Below, piece by piece: positions 1 to 11,768 of a stretch of 64,000 nucleotides of DNA (its first letter is position 1; each line of letters begins with the position of its first letter). Location of the stretch: the NCBI RefSeq assembly GCF_036321535.1, contig NC_087472.1, positions 94,924,001 through 94,988,000 of the forward strand, read 5' to 3'. Made by a program: the position numbers and the translations under genes. Source of the DNA: Camelus dromedarius (Eukaryota). The notes under the pieces are model-generated. The model had not been told where the DNA came from and did not search any database. It saw nothing but the letters and a program-made list of their open reading frames with translations.

Positions 1-383
1 GAGCATATTAAAGAAACAAGATGATAAAGTGCCAAAATAAGGAAAGTTTTTTACTTGTAAGTGTGAATGAAAAATATTGCAAACCATATCAGTAAACAGA
101 GAATACTGAAATCATCAAGTCATCAGCCACTGCCGCCACCCCCCCACCCATGAAGACAAGCCTGCAGCCCAGCCTCTGCAGCCACTCACAGTGGTGCCCT
201 CTGAGGGGACTCAGAATAAGAAAGGACAGGATACTGTGAGGATAAAATTTCAAAGTCACAAAGAAATATGGGATTATATCAATAAGAGTGAAATCTTTAA
301 TGAGTTTGTTAACAGTACAGTTTGTCATTGAAATCTTTATGAAGAGGAATTCTGAGTGCAGAAAATATGTGAGATATAGCTAT

Positions 384-942
384 TATCAGGGAGGAAGGAA
401 TATCTCTCTGCCCTTCTAGGTTCTTCTGGCTGGTCTAAGAATTAAATTGATATGAGACAGATTAATAGGATAAAATTAAACAAAATTTAATAACATGTAG
501 ACATAGGAGAGACCCAGGAGAACTGAGTCACTCACCAAAATGGCCAAAACCCTCACCTTGAATATCATCTTCAGCTAAAGACAAAAGAGGATGTTGGGGC
601 TAGTGGTTTGGGACTTCAAAGGAAGGAAGGCAATTCACAGGGAGATGGAAAAGCAAATGTTTGGTAAACAAATGCTTACTGGGCCAGGCAGAGACAATGG
701 GACACAGACTGGACTCTGATCTCTAGGCCCTGCCAAGTTTCTCCCACCACACCTAACCTCTGTTCTATGCAGATATCTATGGTGATAGCTCTATTCAGGG
801 AACTATGTCTAAATTCTTTTAGGCAACTTAAGGGGATGGTCAGAGTTTCTTCCTGAGTTTTTTGGGCCTTGTGTCTTTTCAGCTCGAAATAATCTGCATG
901 CCAAAAAGACATTTTGGGGTGGCAAGTTTTGCTCCCTGATGC
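384..942 (-). mobile_element. ERV1 solo LTR, MER41-like
   Basis: Terminal segment cagctcgaaataatctgcatgccaaa...attttggggtggcaagttttgctccc resembles recalled MER41-like LTR ends; ~560 bp long. Family name and strand are from memory. Confidence 0.6.
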
Positions 943-1780
943 TAACTAGGAAAGTAACAACATTCACAGTAGAGAAGAAAAATTAAGAAAGTCATGAATT
1001 CCATTTCTGCTTAGGTGATACTCACATTGTAACAGATACTCATATGTTAACTTAAGAAACACTGTGTTCAGTAACAGCCCATGAAGGAAAATGCTGATTT
1101 ACTTTTCATTGTTCTTTGGGAAATCAAGGAGTGTTTAAATAAAAGTACATTTTTAGTCACTACTTAGAATTAATGGCAGCAATGAAAAAATGACATATTT
1201 TTAAGTAACACAATTTCTTCATAATGAGCTTTGTTGATAAATATATGGGCATAGCATTTACAACACTGAAAGTGATCACTGTTATTTATTGCTGCCAATA
1301 TTGCCTTCATAGAGTCCTTCATGTAAATAACAAATATAGTCATGTCAGGGGGAATATATTTTAGATATAAATGTAATTTCTGCTTTTAAAATATGATTAA
1401 TACTTTTTAATACTTTTTCTGGAGGGAGGTTCTTAAGTTGGTTGAGTACACATACCCAACTACTAGTAATTTATTTCCCTATTTAGAAAAGCAGTAAGTA
1501 AATCAGAAGCTGAAAAGAATCAGGCAAGAAGTTAATTAATACTGGGTAGGGGGAAAAAAGCCTCTAGAGGTTGTATGTTTATTTTTGGTGTCTAAATCAC
1601 ATTTTGAATATTTACATTGTCTTATCATTTAAATGTAATTCATATGTGTTTCAGCAGTGTTGGAAACTGTCAAACATAAGTAAAAATTTAAAATCCTGTA
1701 ATTTTCTACCATCAGGAGAGGAACCTTGTTTGTGTTTTGCTTTACAGGTTTATACTCTGCTACTTATATTTGAATATGTC

Positions 1781-1862
1781 TGTATGAACATATATATGTA
1801 TGTATACATATACACACATATACATATGTGTGTTCACATATGTAACATATATACATGTATGT
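1781..1862. repeat. (TA/CA/TG)-rich low-complexity microsatellite
   Basis: tatatatgtatgtatacatatacacacatatacatatgtgtg... Confidence 0.8.
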
Positions 1863-2029
1863 TAGTTGTGTGGATGTGGATGTGTGTCCCACAACCTTTT
1901 GATCTTAGTTTTAATTTGAATGAGTTTGAAATGTTGGTTTTTATTTTGGGAAATTTGCATGTTGCAGTAATTTGGCTTTTAAATTTGTATTATACTACCA
2001 CTTCAAGCAAAGATGAAATAACAGGATTT

Positions 2030-3150
2030 AATGACTTATGTGAAACATCTAACCAAAAAAAACCCCAACAAAATGACAAAATACTTATGAGAACCATTTT
2101 CAATATATTGGATATCCAATAGAAAAAGACAGTGATTCCTGAGGGACTGAAAACTAACGAGGTGAAACTAGAATTGCCTCAGCTTGCTGCCTGGAGCCCA
2201 CAGCCTGGGGACAGTAGCTTAGATGACACTGGCTGTCTTCCAGAGTGGCGATGAGGCTGAGGGTCAGAGGAGGACACAGCTCCTCTGAGAGTTCATAGAA
2301 CAAAGGACTGGAGGGTGAGAACTACACAGAGAATTCTGGGACCCTCACAAGACAGAATATTTTTTCTTCTCTTTAGTCAGAGTAGAAAATCATATATCAT
2401 GCCCAGGGCATCGGAGAGAGAGTACTCAGAAAGGTTTGTCTCTATAGTGATGCAAGATTAACTCTAGATTTTTGCTCTCTGGTCACACGTAAAAGAGCTT
2501 AAAAGCAGGAATCAAAAAGATCATAGTGTTTCAAAGTAACTTAATTGAGTCCCAGAACAAAGCTCAAAAAGATAAATGGATTGAAAAAAAAATGTTCAAT
2601 TCATCTGTGCTGCATAAGTGTGAAGAATGCAAAATTCATAGTATTTGGTGTATAATTAAAAATCATCAGGCATGTAAAGAAGAAAATATGCCCAACAGTG
2701 TGCACAGAAATTAATTGATCAAAACTAATTTGGAAATGAAACATGATAAAATAATTAGATAAGGATTCAAAAGATTTATTATTACTATATGCTATTTGTT
2801 CAAAAAACAAGAGGAAAGATGAAACATGTTAAATAGAGGTATGGAAGATGTAAAAAAAGACCCAAAATGAACTTCAAGAGGACCCAGCTACAATGTCTGA
2901 GTTTTTTTTTTTACATTTTTTATTGAGTTATAGTCATTTTATAACGTTGTGTCAAATTCCAGTGTAGAGCACAATTTTTCAGTTATACATGAACATACGT
3001 ATATTCATTATCACTTTTTTTTTTTGCTGTGAGCTACCGCAAGATCTTGTATATATTTCCCTGTTACAATGTCTGAGATTAAAAAATAGACACTGGTTTG
3101 GACTGATGGTAGATTAAATATAGCAGAAAAAAATACCAGTGAACTCATGT
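2030..3150 (+). mobile_element. Old L1 5'/ORF1-region fragment, split by a young L1 tail
   Basis: A-rich degenerate ORF1-like sequence (aaatagaggtatggaagatgtaaaaaaagacccaaaatgaacttc...acaatgtctgagattaaaaaatagacactgg) continues on both sides of the 2902-3064 insertion. Confidence 0.6.
2902..3064 (-). mobile_element. 5'-truncated young L1 3' end with 13-bp TSD
   Basis: Poly-T at 2902-2912; body matches the 3' ends of the L1s at 9285 and 53378; perfect TSD tacaatgtctgag at 2889-2901 and 3065-3077. Confidence 0.92.
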
Positions 3151-3394
3151 ATGTTGAATAATCACAGTATATTTTATGGTACATTTTATTTAAGAAACAA
3201 CCTAGAATCAGCTTTAGTATAACACCCATCCAAGATGAGGGTGCTGAGTTTACTAACAATACTGTAAGGGCCAATTATAATTTCTCTGTATTGTTAGAAT
3301 TTTTTTAATACAGGAATATATCCATCATTATCTTGGTAATTAAAATATTTAGATAGCCTAACAATAGAAGTAGCAACTGTGTATAAGTTAAAGT

Positions 3395-3750
3395 AACTGC
3401 CTGTTGATAAGATAAACAGAACCTGAACTCTGAACAGCTTAACACAATAAAAGCTTATTTCTCAATGTGGATTTGCAGGTATTCTCTGCTGTCAGGGAAC
3501 TCAGGGAACCAGGCTTCTGTCACACTGTGGTTCCGTCATCCAGCCCGGGATCATGTTAACAGCAGAATCAAAGGAGATGGCATCTCTGGAATGCCTTGAT
3601 CTGTAAGTGACACGATTTCTGCTCATAGTTCAGTGTCTATGGTAGTCACACGAGCTTTCCTAAGTACAGGTGGATTGGGAAAGTGGTCTCCCCATGAGCC
3701 CAGGAAGGAGGGCAACACAAGAGATGAGCGAGCACTTGCATTCCCTCCAA
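3395..3750. mobile_element. Ancient MLT1 (MaLR) LTR, paralogous to 38970-39360
   Basis: gcttaacacaataaaagcttatttctca ... gtcacacgagctttcctaagtacaggtggattgggaaagtgg resembles a degenerate MLT1. Confidence 0.55.
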
Positions 3751-4386
3751 CCCACTGTTACACAGTAGGTGCTCAACAAAGACCAATTAGAGCTTGTTTT
3801 CATCAGCCCTCTTCCATTTCTTGGTAGAGTTTCTAAGGAGGCCACACCGGCCTTGCAAATCTCCAACTTTTCTTCTGAATCCTGCTACATGGGAGGTGCT
3901 TTCAAATACTGGATCACATTTAATTTTCAAAAGGATGCTATAAAGTCTCAGCAGAGAGGGCCCCCCTCCTTCACTCAATAGCACCCTTCTGAACTCACCT
4001 TTGCAATAAATTCTAGAGTCTCAATAGGATGAGAATGTTCTCCTTCTACTGAAGCACGTCACAACCCTGCTTCTGAGTCCCGGCCACTCTCAGCATGACC
4101 GAACATGCAGGACACGTTTACAGGTGTCATTAGGCACAAGGCAAAACCAGGGTTTTCCTCTGGGGCGAATACTGAGATCAGAGGCAGAAGAAGGGTGGTG
4201 AATTATTTTGATCTTTGTTGTTCAAAGACAGCATGTCTGCCAAGAAACTATATTTCTTCTCGTAGAAAGACTCTGGCTTCTGAAGAATTCAGCCTCAGTA
4301 GATGTGTGCTACACAGTGATTTCCATGGTCTTTCCTCACCTTCAATGTATGAGGGAGGCTTTGGTTATTGACCATCTAGGTAAGCT
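3652..4386 (+). repeat. Near-identical duplicated tract, copy 1 (copy 2 at 39261-39995)
   Basis: Line-by-line comparison at offset 35609 shows 3 substitutions (about 3673, 3826, 3875) in 735 bp. Confidence 0.97.
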
Positions 4387-6479
4387 TACTCATCAGTGTA
4401 TTTGTTCAGAGGCCGATCTCAACACATCAGTAGATTCCAGAATTGGATATGAAGGCTCAGTAGAGAAGTCCCTGGAGAAGGCCCTGTAATCTGGGAACAC
4501 ACTGGGGCTGATCATGTGTGCTGGGACCGGGGCAATCAGCCTTCAAGGAACCCTGGAGTGAGGGGCAGGGAGATGCTGGATAAATGAAGCCCACAGAAAT
4601 CCCCAAATTGTAGCTGATTCTTGTATTAATCTTCCTTCGTCAGGACTGTTTGTAGTAGTTTGGCTACCAGGTTCTTCTTTTTATTGCTTGAAATATAGTT
4701 TGGTGTAGTGAGAAGACAAGTTAGTTAAAAGCCACTATATCTGCCTCAACCTGGGAGGAGCAGAACGGTGTGGCCTCCAGATACATTCAGACCAGGGCTC
4801 TGGTCCCAGCTCAGTCACAAGTCCTGTGAACTTAAGAAAATTGCAAGTGAGTCTGATAAGCCCTGTCTTATAGAGCTGTTGGAATATATGTGATGTTTGT
4901 AAAGCACCCGGAACAATGGTCTTTAAAGAATGGCATTTATTACTATGGTAATCATGACTTCAGACCATAATACCAACTTTTTTGGGATTTAAAAAAAATT
5001 TCATGAGATGTCAGAAAATATGCAGCAACTTTGGAAAGAACAAAACACTGCTTAGCCAGTAAAACTATGTAAAATTTTCCCATTTGAAAATATGTTATCT
5101 GAGGGTGCAGGAGTCTTCCCCAGCTGGATACAGCTCAGAGGTCCTAGAATTTGTGTCAAGGACCCACAACTTCCCTCCCACATGCCTTTTCATCCAAACT
5201 ACCACTATTTTCATTCATTTCACCACCACTGAAAATGTAGCCTTCATTTAGAGTTTCCTAAAAGCCCCTTTAATGGAGTGACCTCTGGCCCTCTGACTCT
5301 AGTGCAAAGAGTGCTATTGCAGTGACCTCTTGACATCTCACACCAAGGAAGTATCATCCTTCTTTATCAGAAGCTCCCTGGATATGACAGGAATGAAACA
5401 CCCAGTTTGTGCCCTGTGTTCACCCACACTGGGACAGAAGCATGGGACCCCTTTCAGTTCTGCCTCAGGTGGAGATTCTCTCTGGTTTACCCACCGTCCC
5501 ACAGTAAAAGTTAAGGGTAATTTTCCATTCCAGACTTTAGTCTCTCAGCTTTGAGACCCACCATCTAATACTCAGTCACCACTCACAATTCTCTCAGCCT
5601 CAGTTAGCCCACTATCCTGCCTAACTTAAAATGACCTCCTTGAGGGAACTGCCATGTCCCCAAGCTCCCTATGGCCTTGCTTCAAAGCATTTACACTTGA
5701 CTGCCCTCATCTGAAACCTCCTCTCTTCATCACCCCTTGTTTTAACTTGTCATTTGTGTAGGTCTTAGCGTACCTCACCATCTTCTTTATATAGCAGCAG
5801 CCTCTAGTCTCTAAAATTCTACAGACAGTTGCTCTGTCTTTTTCTTACCATCCCCAGGTCTGCCATGGAGCCTTCCAAAGAGCAGATGCTCAATTAATGG
5901 TTAGGGAATAAGAGTGACAGTGATCAGGATATCTACTTTATTATTATTTAATTTCTCCCACAGTCTTGAATAATCTAAGAAAATCCAGATATATATCTTT
6001 TAATTTTACAAGAGGAAGTACTAAAAGAATAAACTAAACCAAAAATTTATCACCATTTACTTTTTTTCTTTTCTCTTTTACTTGACCCTAATTATTTTAT
6101 TGCAGAGTTCATTCACATTTCCATGAAAAATCCCTGTTCCATTGCTGTGTTATCTTGTTCTAGATCATAAAAAAGATGGAAGATTTCTAAATTGGTTTCA
6201 TAAAATATCAAACTCTAACTGGTATCTGAAAAACAGTAATAAATATGTGATCCATGTCATTTATAAACTTTTGTTCTGAAGTCAAATAAACCTTAAATGA
6301 AAAGAAACAATATTTGAAAAATACCAAAAAAAAAAAAAAAGTAGACCTACAAGTTACTCATATAGACAGAGAACACAAATAAAATATGCACTGTGTTCCT
6401 TCCAGTCCCATCTTGGTCTCCACTACTTAAAACATTAACTATATTCTTCACTGAAGAGGTGAAGAGTGTCCCTCAGACT

Positions 6480-7806
6480 TCACTTGATGCAGGAGTAGTT
6501 GCTAGTATTGGCCGTGGAAGGTGTGCTGGCCTTGGTGCTAAACCTGGCTGCATCTATTCCTCAGGCTCTCTCTTCCTCATCTCTGAAAGTCTTTTCAAAA
6601 TGAAATGGAAGGCACTAGAGATGGTATCATTGACTTTGGCCAAAAAACACCAGATTTTCATCTTGCTGGTTTCAGCATGGGCACTCGGGCCCCACAGGAG
6701 CTCATAGCGGGGAGGATCACTGTTGGGCACCTGGTGCTACTCCAGGTACTTCTGCCGCACCAAATCTTCCGTGATGAACCTCCTGGACTTTTCATGAAGA
6801 GTCTTTCTCCCAGCATAGACCCCAATCCTATTCCATTATAAAATAAAAATCACAGGATGTAATGTACAACATGGTGACCATAGTTAATAATACTGTATTG
6901 CATATTTGAAAGTCGCTGAACATAGATCTGAAAAGTCCTCATCATAAGAAAAAAAATTTTTTGTGACTATATATAGTGATAGATGTTAACTAGGCTTACT
7001 GTGGTGATCATTTTGCTATGTGTGTGTATATATATATATACACACACACACACACAAATATCGAATCGTTATGTTGTATGCCTGAAACTAACATAATGTT
7101 GTATGTCTATTATACCATACCTCAACTTAAAAAAAAAAGAAAATTGAAGACAAAAGAGAAAAAAACTCTCAGATTTTCTCTTCTTGGTGCAGTTGCCCTT
7201 CAAGAAGATCATGCTCAGGAGCGTCATCAGGAGACTGACTTGAATACCCCGCCCCCTATTACCACTCAGACTTGCGTTGCTGGAAGATACAGCTCACTGA
7301 CAAGATCATTTAAGTGACTCCTGAGGTTCACTTTTTAAATTCAAGGCCAAAGATCAGCTCCATCCACCCAAGAGTTTCTCCTGAGGATCTCAGGGAAGTG
7401 ATCCTTATACCTTTTTTGACAATTGTCAGCATATCTGCTTTTGTAATGGGTCTTTCATTTTATAGATGTGCAGCAGAAACCGTACCAATATCCTCGCCTT
7501 CCTGGTGAGATGATCTATGTATTAGCGCTCATTGGAAGATGCTGCCAGGGACGTACTTGTCCTGTCCTCATCTTGCCTCTTCGTCAGATCTTGTTCACAA
7601 AACCCCTACAGAAGCAGTGGTGGTGGCTGGGGCTCTCTGAGGCTTCTAGGGAGTGCCAGCCACAGGGGACCTCTGGGGAGTACCCTGCAGAACAGGAGAG
7701 GAGGAGGAGGGGGCACTCTTCTGGTGCCACTGCTGCAGTGGCTTAAGCATCCCTGAGACTAAGGGCGTTTGTCACAGGTGCAGAGCTTACTCTTCTGTCC
7801 CCTGCC
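6480..7806 (-). pseudogene. MAGE-B pseudogene interrupted by an L1 3' fragment
   Basis: Minus strand reads RGQKSKLCTCDKR at the 5' end (ATG lost), [44 protein letters not shown]; in-frame stops, frameshifts and an insertion at 6836-7163. Confidence 0.93.
6836..7163 (+). mobile_element. L1 3' end (L1MA9-like) inserted in the MAGE homology domain
   Basis: ggatgtaatgtacaacatggtgaccatagttaataatactgtattg ... cctgaaactaacataatgttgtatgtc then an A-rich tail; MAGE codons resume on both sides. Confidence 0.88.
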
Positions 7807-7989
7807 TGGGGCTTTCTGGGGCTGAGAATGTGCTGAAGCTGTGGTTGTTCCCCTCGGTTGTCAGTCAGAGTCCTTACCCTGATCCTTCCCATGACCTAAA
7901 GAGGCCTATCCTCTCATACTACAGCCGTTAATTTCCTGAGACCACCTGGGAGGATGTGAGGGTTGCCTCATGTGGGTGTGACTGCCTGT

Positions 7990-9220
7990 GGTCACTCATG
8001 GCTGACAGTAGGGGAGGGACTCTGTGGTGTCCTCACTTTTATGATTTCAGTGGTTTCAGTCCTCATGGGTCCTCTGCTTGTCTTGATATGACCTGGAATT
8101 CCTCCCTGTGTTAACCTGATGTTGGCTCCTGAGACCAAGTGCCTTATCTCCCTGAGATGCTCTGAAAGGAAATGAGTGGGTCTCATCATGCCAACATTCC
8201 TGGATTTGCCAAGGGGAGATATCACTGGCAGGGCTCTATGTAGCCCACTCTGTTCTGGTTGGGATCCCATTATCCTCATTTAGAGTCATCAACTTGGCTC
8301 TCATTAGGGACTAGTTTTCCACTCTACTGAATGAGGCTGCTCGCATTAGACTGAGGCCCTCACCTCTCTGAGACTACCCTAGTGGGAAGAGGGGGCCCTC
8401 AGCTGGAAAGCTGTGTCCTGGGCCTCCTAGACTGACGTCAAGGGTGAGACTCTGCCTTCTCCTCTGTTTTGGGCTGAGTAGTCCTCTTGTTCCTTATCCA
8501 AGGTCCTCAGCTTGACTCCTGACCAGAACTAGGACTCCACCCTCCACTCACCTGAGGCTCTTCTCCTCAGACCGAAGCCATTACCTTCTTGGAAACTCTG
8601 AATTGGAAGTCAGGATGGACCACATCTGTCCATCCACGTCCAAGGCTCTTGGGGGTCTTCTGAGGAGAATTTTATGAGACCCCACTCTTCTGGAGTCAGT
8701 GGCCCCTCAGTCCTAGCTCAGGTTTCTCACCTTGACTTCAGGTAGCATATGGGACTCCACCCTCTACTCTCTACTAAGTCTGCCAGTCTCAGGCTCAGGC
8801 TTTCCACCTTCCTGAGACACCAGGGAGCTACTCCCTGGCTACCCTTGCCTGGGGCCTCTGTGTGGTCCCCTTTGTCATGTGGGTCCACTCATCAGCACCC
8901 AGTATCCTCACCTTAAATCCAATTAAGGCCTGTTAGGATCTCCTATTTGGGCAGAACTGGAGTTGATGCCACATAACCAAGAACTCACCTCCCTGAGAAT
9001 CCCTGCCCCCCCAGGAAAAGAAGGGGTACCTCAGACAGGCAGCTCTGCCTATGGCCACACAAGGCAGAAAGCAGGGTATACTCTGTGGGGCTCCTACTGT
9101 TCTAAGGTCTTCACCTTGATAATTGTCAGAGGCTAGGACTCCTCCCTTCACAGATCTGAGGTCGCAGCCCTTAAACCAAGGCTTTTATGTCCCTGAGAAC
9201 CTTGAAGAATAAATGAGGGG
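7990..9220 (-). promoter_or_regulatory. Decayed MAGE promoter/first-exon module array (~6 units)
   Basis: Anchor ggactcc(t/a)ccct recurs near 8095, 8309, 8532, 8751, 8936 and 9136, followed by cagaccaagg/cacctccctgaga-like motifs; palindromic CRE TGACGTCA at 8433-8440. Confidence 0.7.
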
Positions 9221-9284
9221 ATGCTGATCTTTTCAGGTTATCTGATATTGCACCACATTGTCACTGAATATTATTATTTTTTTT

Positions 9285-10767
9285 TAACATTTTTTATTGA
9301 TTTATAATCATTTTACAATGTTGTGTCAAATTCCAGTGTTCAGCACAATTTTTCAGTCATTCATGGACATATACACACTCATTGTCACATTTTTTTCTCT
9401 GTGAGTTATCATAACATTTTGTGTATATTTCCCTGTGCTATACAGTATAATCTTGTTTATCTATTCTACAATTTTGAAATCCCAGGCTATCCCTTCCCAC
9501 TCTCCAACCCCTGGCAACCACAAGTCTGTATTCTCTATCTATGAGTCTATTTCTGTCCTGTATTTATGCTTTGTTTTTGTTTGTTTGTTTGTTTGTTTTT
9601 TTTAGATTCCACATATGAGTGATCTCATATGGTATTTTTCTTTCTCTTTCTGGCTTACTTCACTTAGAATGACATTTTCCAGGAGCATCCATGTTGCTAC
9701 AAATGGCATTATGTTGTCGGTTTTTATGGCTGAGTAGTATTCCATTGTATAAATATACCACCTCTTCTTTATCCAGTCACCTGTTGATGGACATTTAGGC
9801 TGTTTCCATGTTTTGGCTATTGTAAATAGTGCTGCTATGAACATTGGGGTGCAGGTGTCATCCTGAAGTAGATTTCCTTCTGGATACAAGCCCAGGAGTG
9901 GGATTCCTGGGTCATATGGTAAGTCTATTCCTAGTCTTTTGAGGAATCTCCACACTGTTTTCCATAGTGGCTGCACCAAACTGCATTCCCACCAGCAGTG
10001 TAGGAGGGTTCCCCTTTCTCCACAGCCTCTCCAGCATTTGTCATTTGTGGATTTTTGAATGACGGCCATTCTGACTGGTGTGAGGTGATACCTCATTGTA
10101 GTTTTGATTTGCATTTCTCTGATAATTAGTGATATTGAGCATTTTTTCATGTGCCTTTTGATCATTTGTATGTCTTCCTTGGAGAATTGCTTGTTTAGGT
10201 CTTCTGCCCATTTTTGGATTGGGTTGTTTATTTTTTTCTTATTGAGTCGTATGAGCTGCTTATATATTCCGGAGATCAAGCCTTTGTCGGTTTCATTTGC
10301 AAAAATTTTCTCCCATTCCGTAGGTTGTCTTCTTGTTTTACTTCTGGTTTCCTTTGCTGTGCAGAAGCTTGTAAGTTTCATTAGGTCCCATTTGTTTATT
10401 CTTGCTTTTATTTCTTCTAGGAGAAAATTTTTGAGATGTATGTCAGATAATGTTTTGCCTATGTTTTCCTCTAGGAGGTTTATTGTATCTTGTCTTATGT
10501 TTAAGTCTTTAATCCATTTTGAGTTGATTTTTGTATATGGTGTAAGGGAGTGTTCTAGCTTCATTGTTTTACATGCTGCTGTCCAGTTTTCCCAACACCA
10601 TTTGCTGAAGAGACTGTCTTTATTCCAATGTATATTCTTGCCTCCTTTGTCAAAGACGAGTTGACCAAAAGTTTGTGGGTTCATTTCTGGGCTCTCTATT
10701 CTGTTCCATTGGTCTATATGTCTGTTTTTGTACCAATACCATGCTGTCTTGATGACTGTAGCTCTAT
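9285..10767 (-). mobile_element. Young 5'-truncated L1 (ORF2 C-terminus plus 3' UTR)
   Basis: Open 360-aa ORF2 C-terminal ORF at 9602-10684 ending [14 protein letters not shown] attattatttttttt at 9270-9284 and 10769-10783. Confidence 0.96.
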
Positions 10768-11768
10768 CATTATTATTTTTTTTACTCGTACCATTTACTT
10801 ATTCAACATTACTATTACTACATTCCAAAACAGTGCTTTGGAAACAGGGCCCCTTTGATCCCATGAGATACATTTTGGAGTGGTGAGAAGAAAAATGAAT
10901 GAAAAGACATAACATCTGGCTTAGGCTGGGAGAATTGGAGCAGTGTGTATTCTAGACTAATCCAGACTGGGTCTACTCCTGTTGAGGTCACTTAAAACAG
11001 TCTTGTGAACTTGAGATATTTGCAAGTTACTCATCTATAAAGGGGGTCTGCTAAATCTTACCCTGCAGGAATATGGAATGTGTGTACTACATATAAAGCA
11101 GTGGCATACCGATTAAGATATAAAGGGTCTTTAAGGAATGGCAGTTATGATATGATTATTATGAACCCTGAAAATACCACCCTCCCATCAGAGTTTATTT
11201 TTAACTCAGTGGATAGCAGAGAATATACAGTGCACTAGAAGAAAAGAAGCAAACATTCTCAAATAAGCTATATAAGTCAAAATATCATTTATTTTTACAG
11301 AAAGAAAGTTTAAAAGAAATAAGGCAAACCATGAATTAAATATCTTTTACGTTAACTATTTATTCTCTGTTTTATGTTTCTAAGTATTTTCTGTGGTCTT
11401 CTCTCACATTTCCAGGAAAATATCTATTGCAGTGGCATATTATCTACTTCTGGATCATAAAAAAAAAACCGATGGTTGGTGAATTTCTTTTACATATAGC
11501 AAAACTGTAACTTTCAAACTCTTTAAACAACAATAAATATGAGTGCAATATCACTCATGAGTGCATATTCTGAAGCAAAATAAACTATCTATTACAAGGA
11601 AAAAACATCTGAATTAACCTAAATAAATAAATAACATATAGAAGCTACTAGTTTAGAACAGGAGACAATTAAGGTCTGTACTTTGTCCCCTGGACCCGTA
11701 CTACCATGCACTACTTAGACGCTTGGCTGATCTCTTAAACACAAAGTGAACAAGCTGCCCCGGCTTCC

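Noticed and set aside
1571..2122. 183-aa + strand ORF
   Set aside because: TTG start; runs through a TA/CA microsatellite and low-complexity DNA.
4105..4371. 88-aa ORF identical in two copies as a protein-coding gene
   Set aside because: Identity is explained by the whole tract being near-identical; no recognisable domain.
7990..9220. CRISPR-like reading of the periodic array
   Set aside because: Mammalian DNA; the units are wholly homologous degenerate ~200-bp repeats with no repeat-spacer structure.
10104..10664. 186-aa hydrophobic + strand ORF (also 54195-54755)
   Set aside because: Routine antisense ORF of L1 ORF2.
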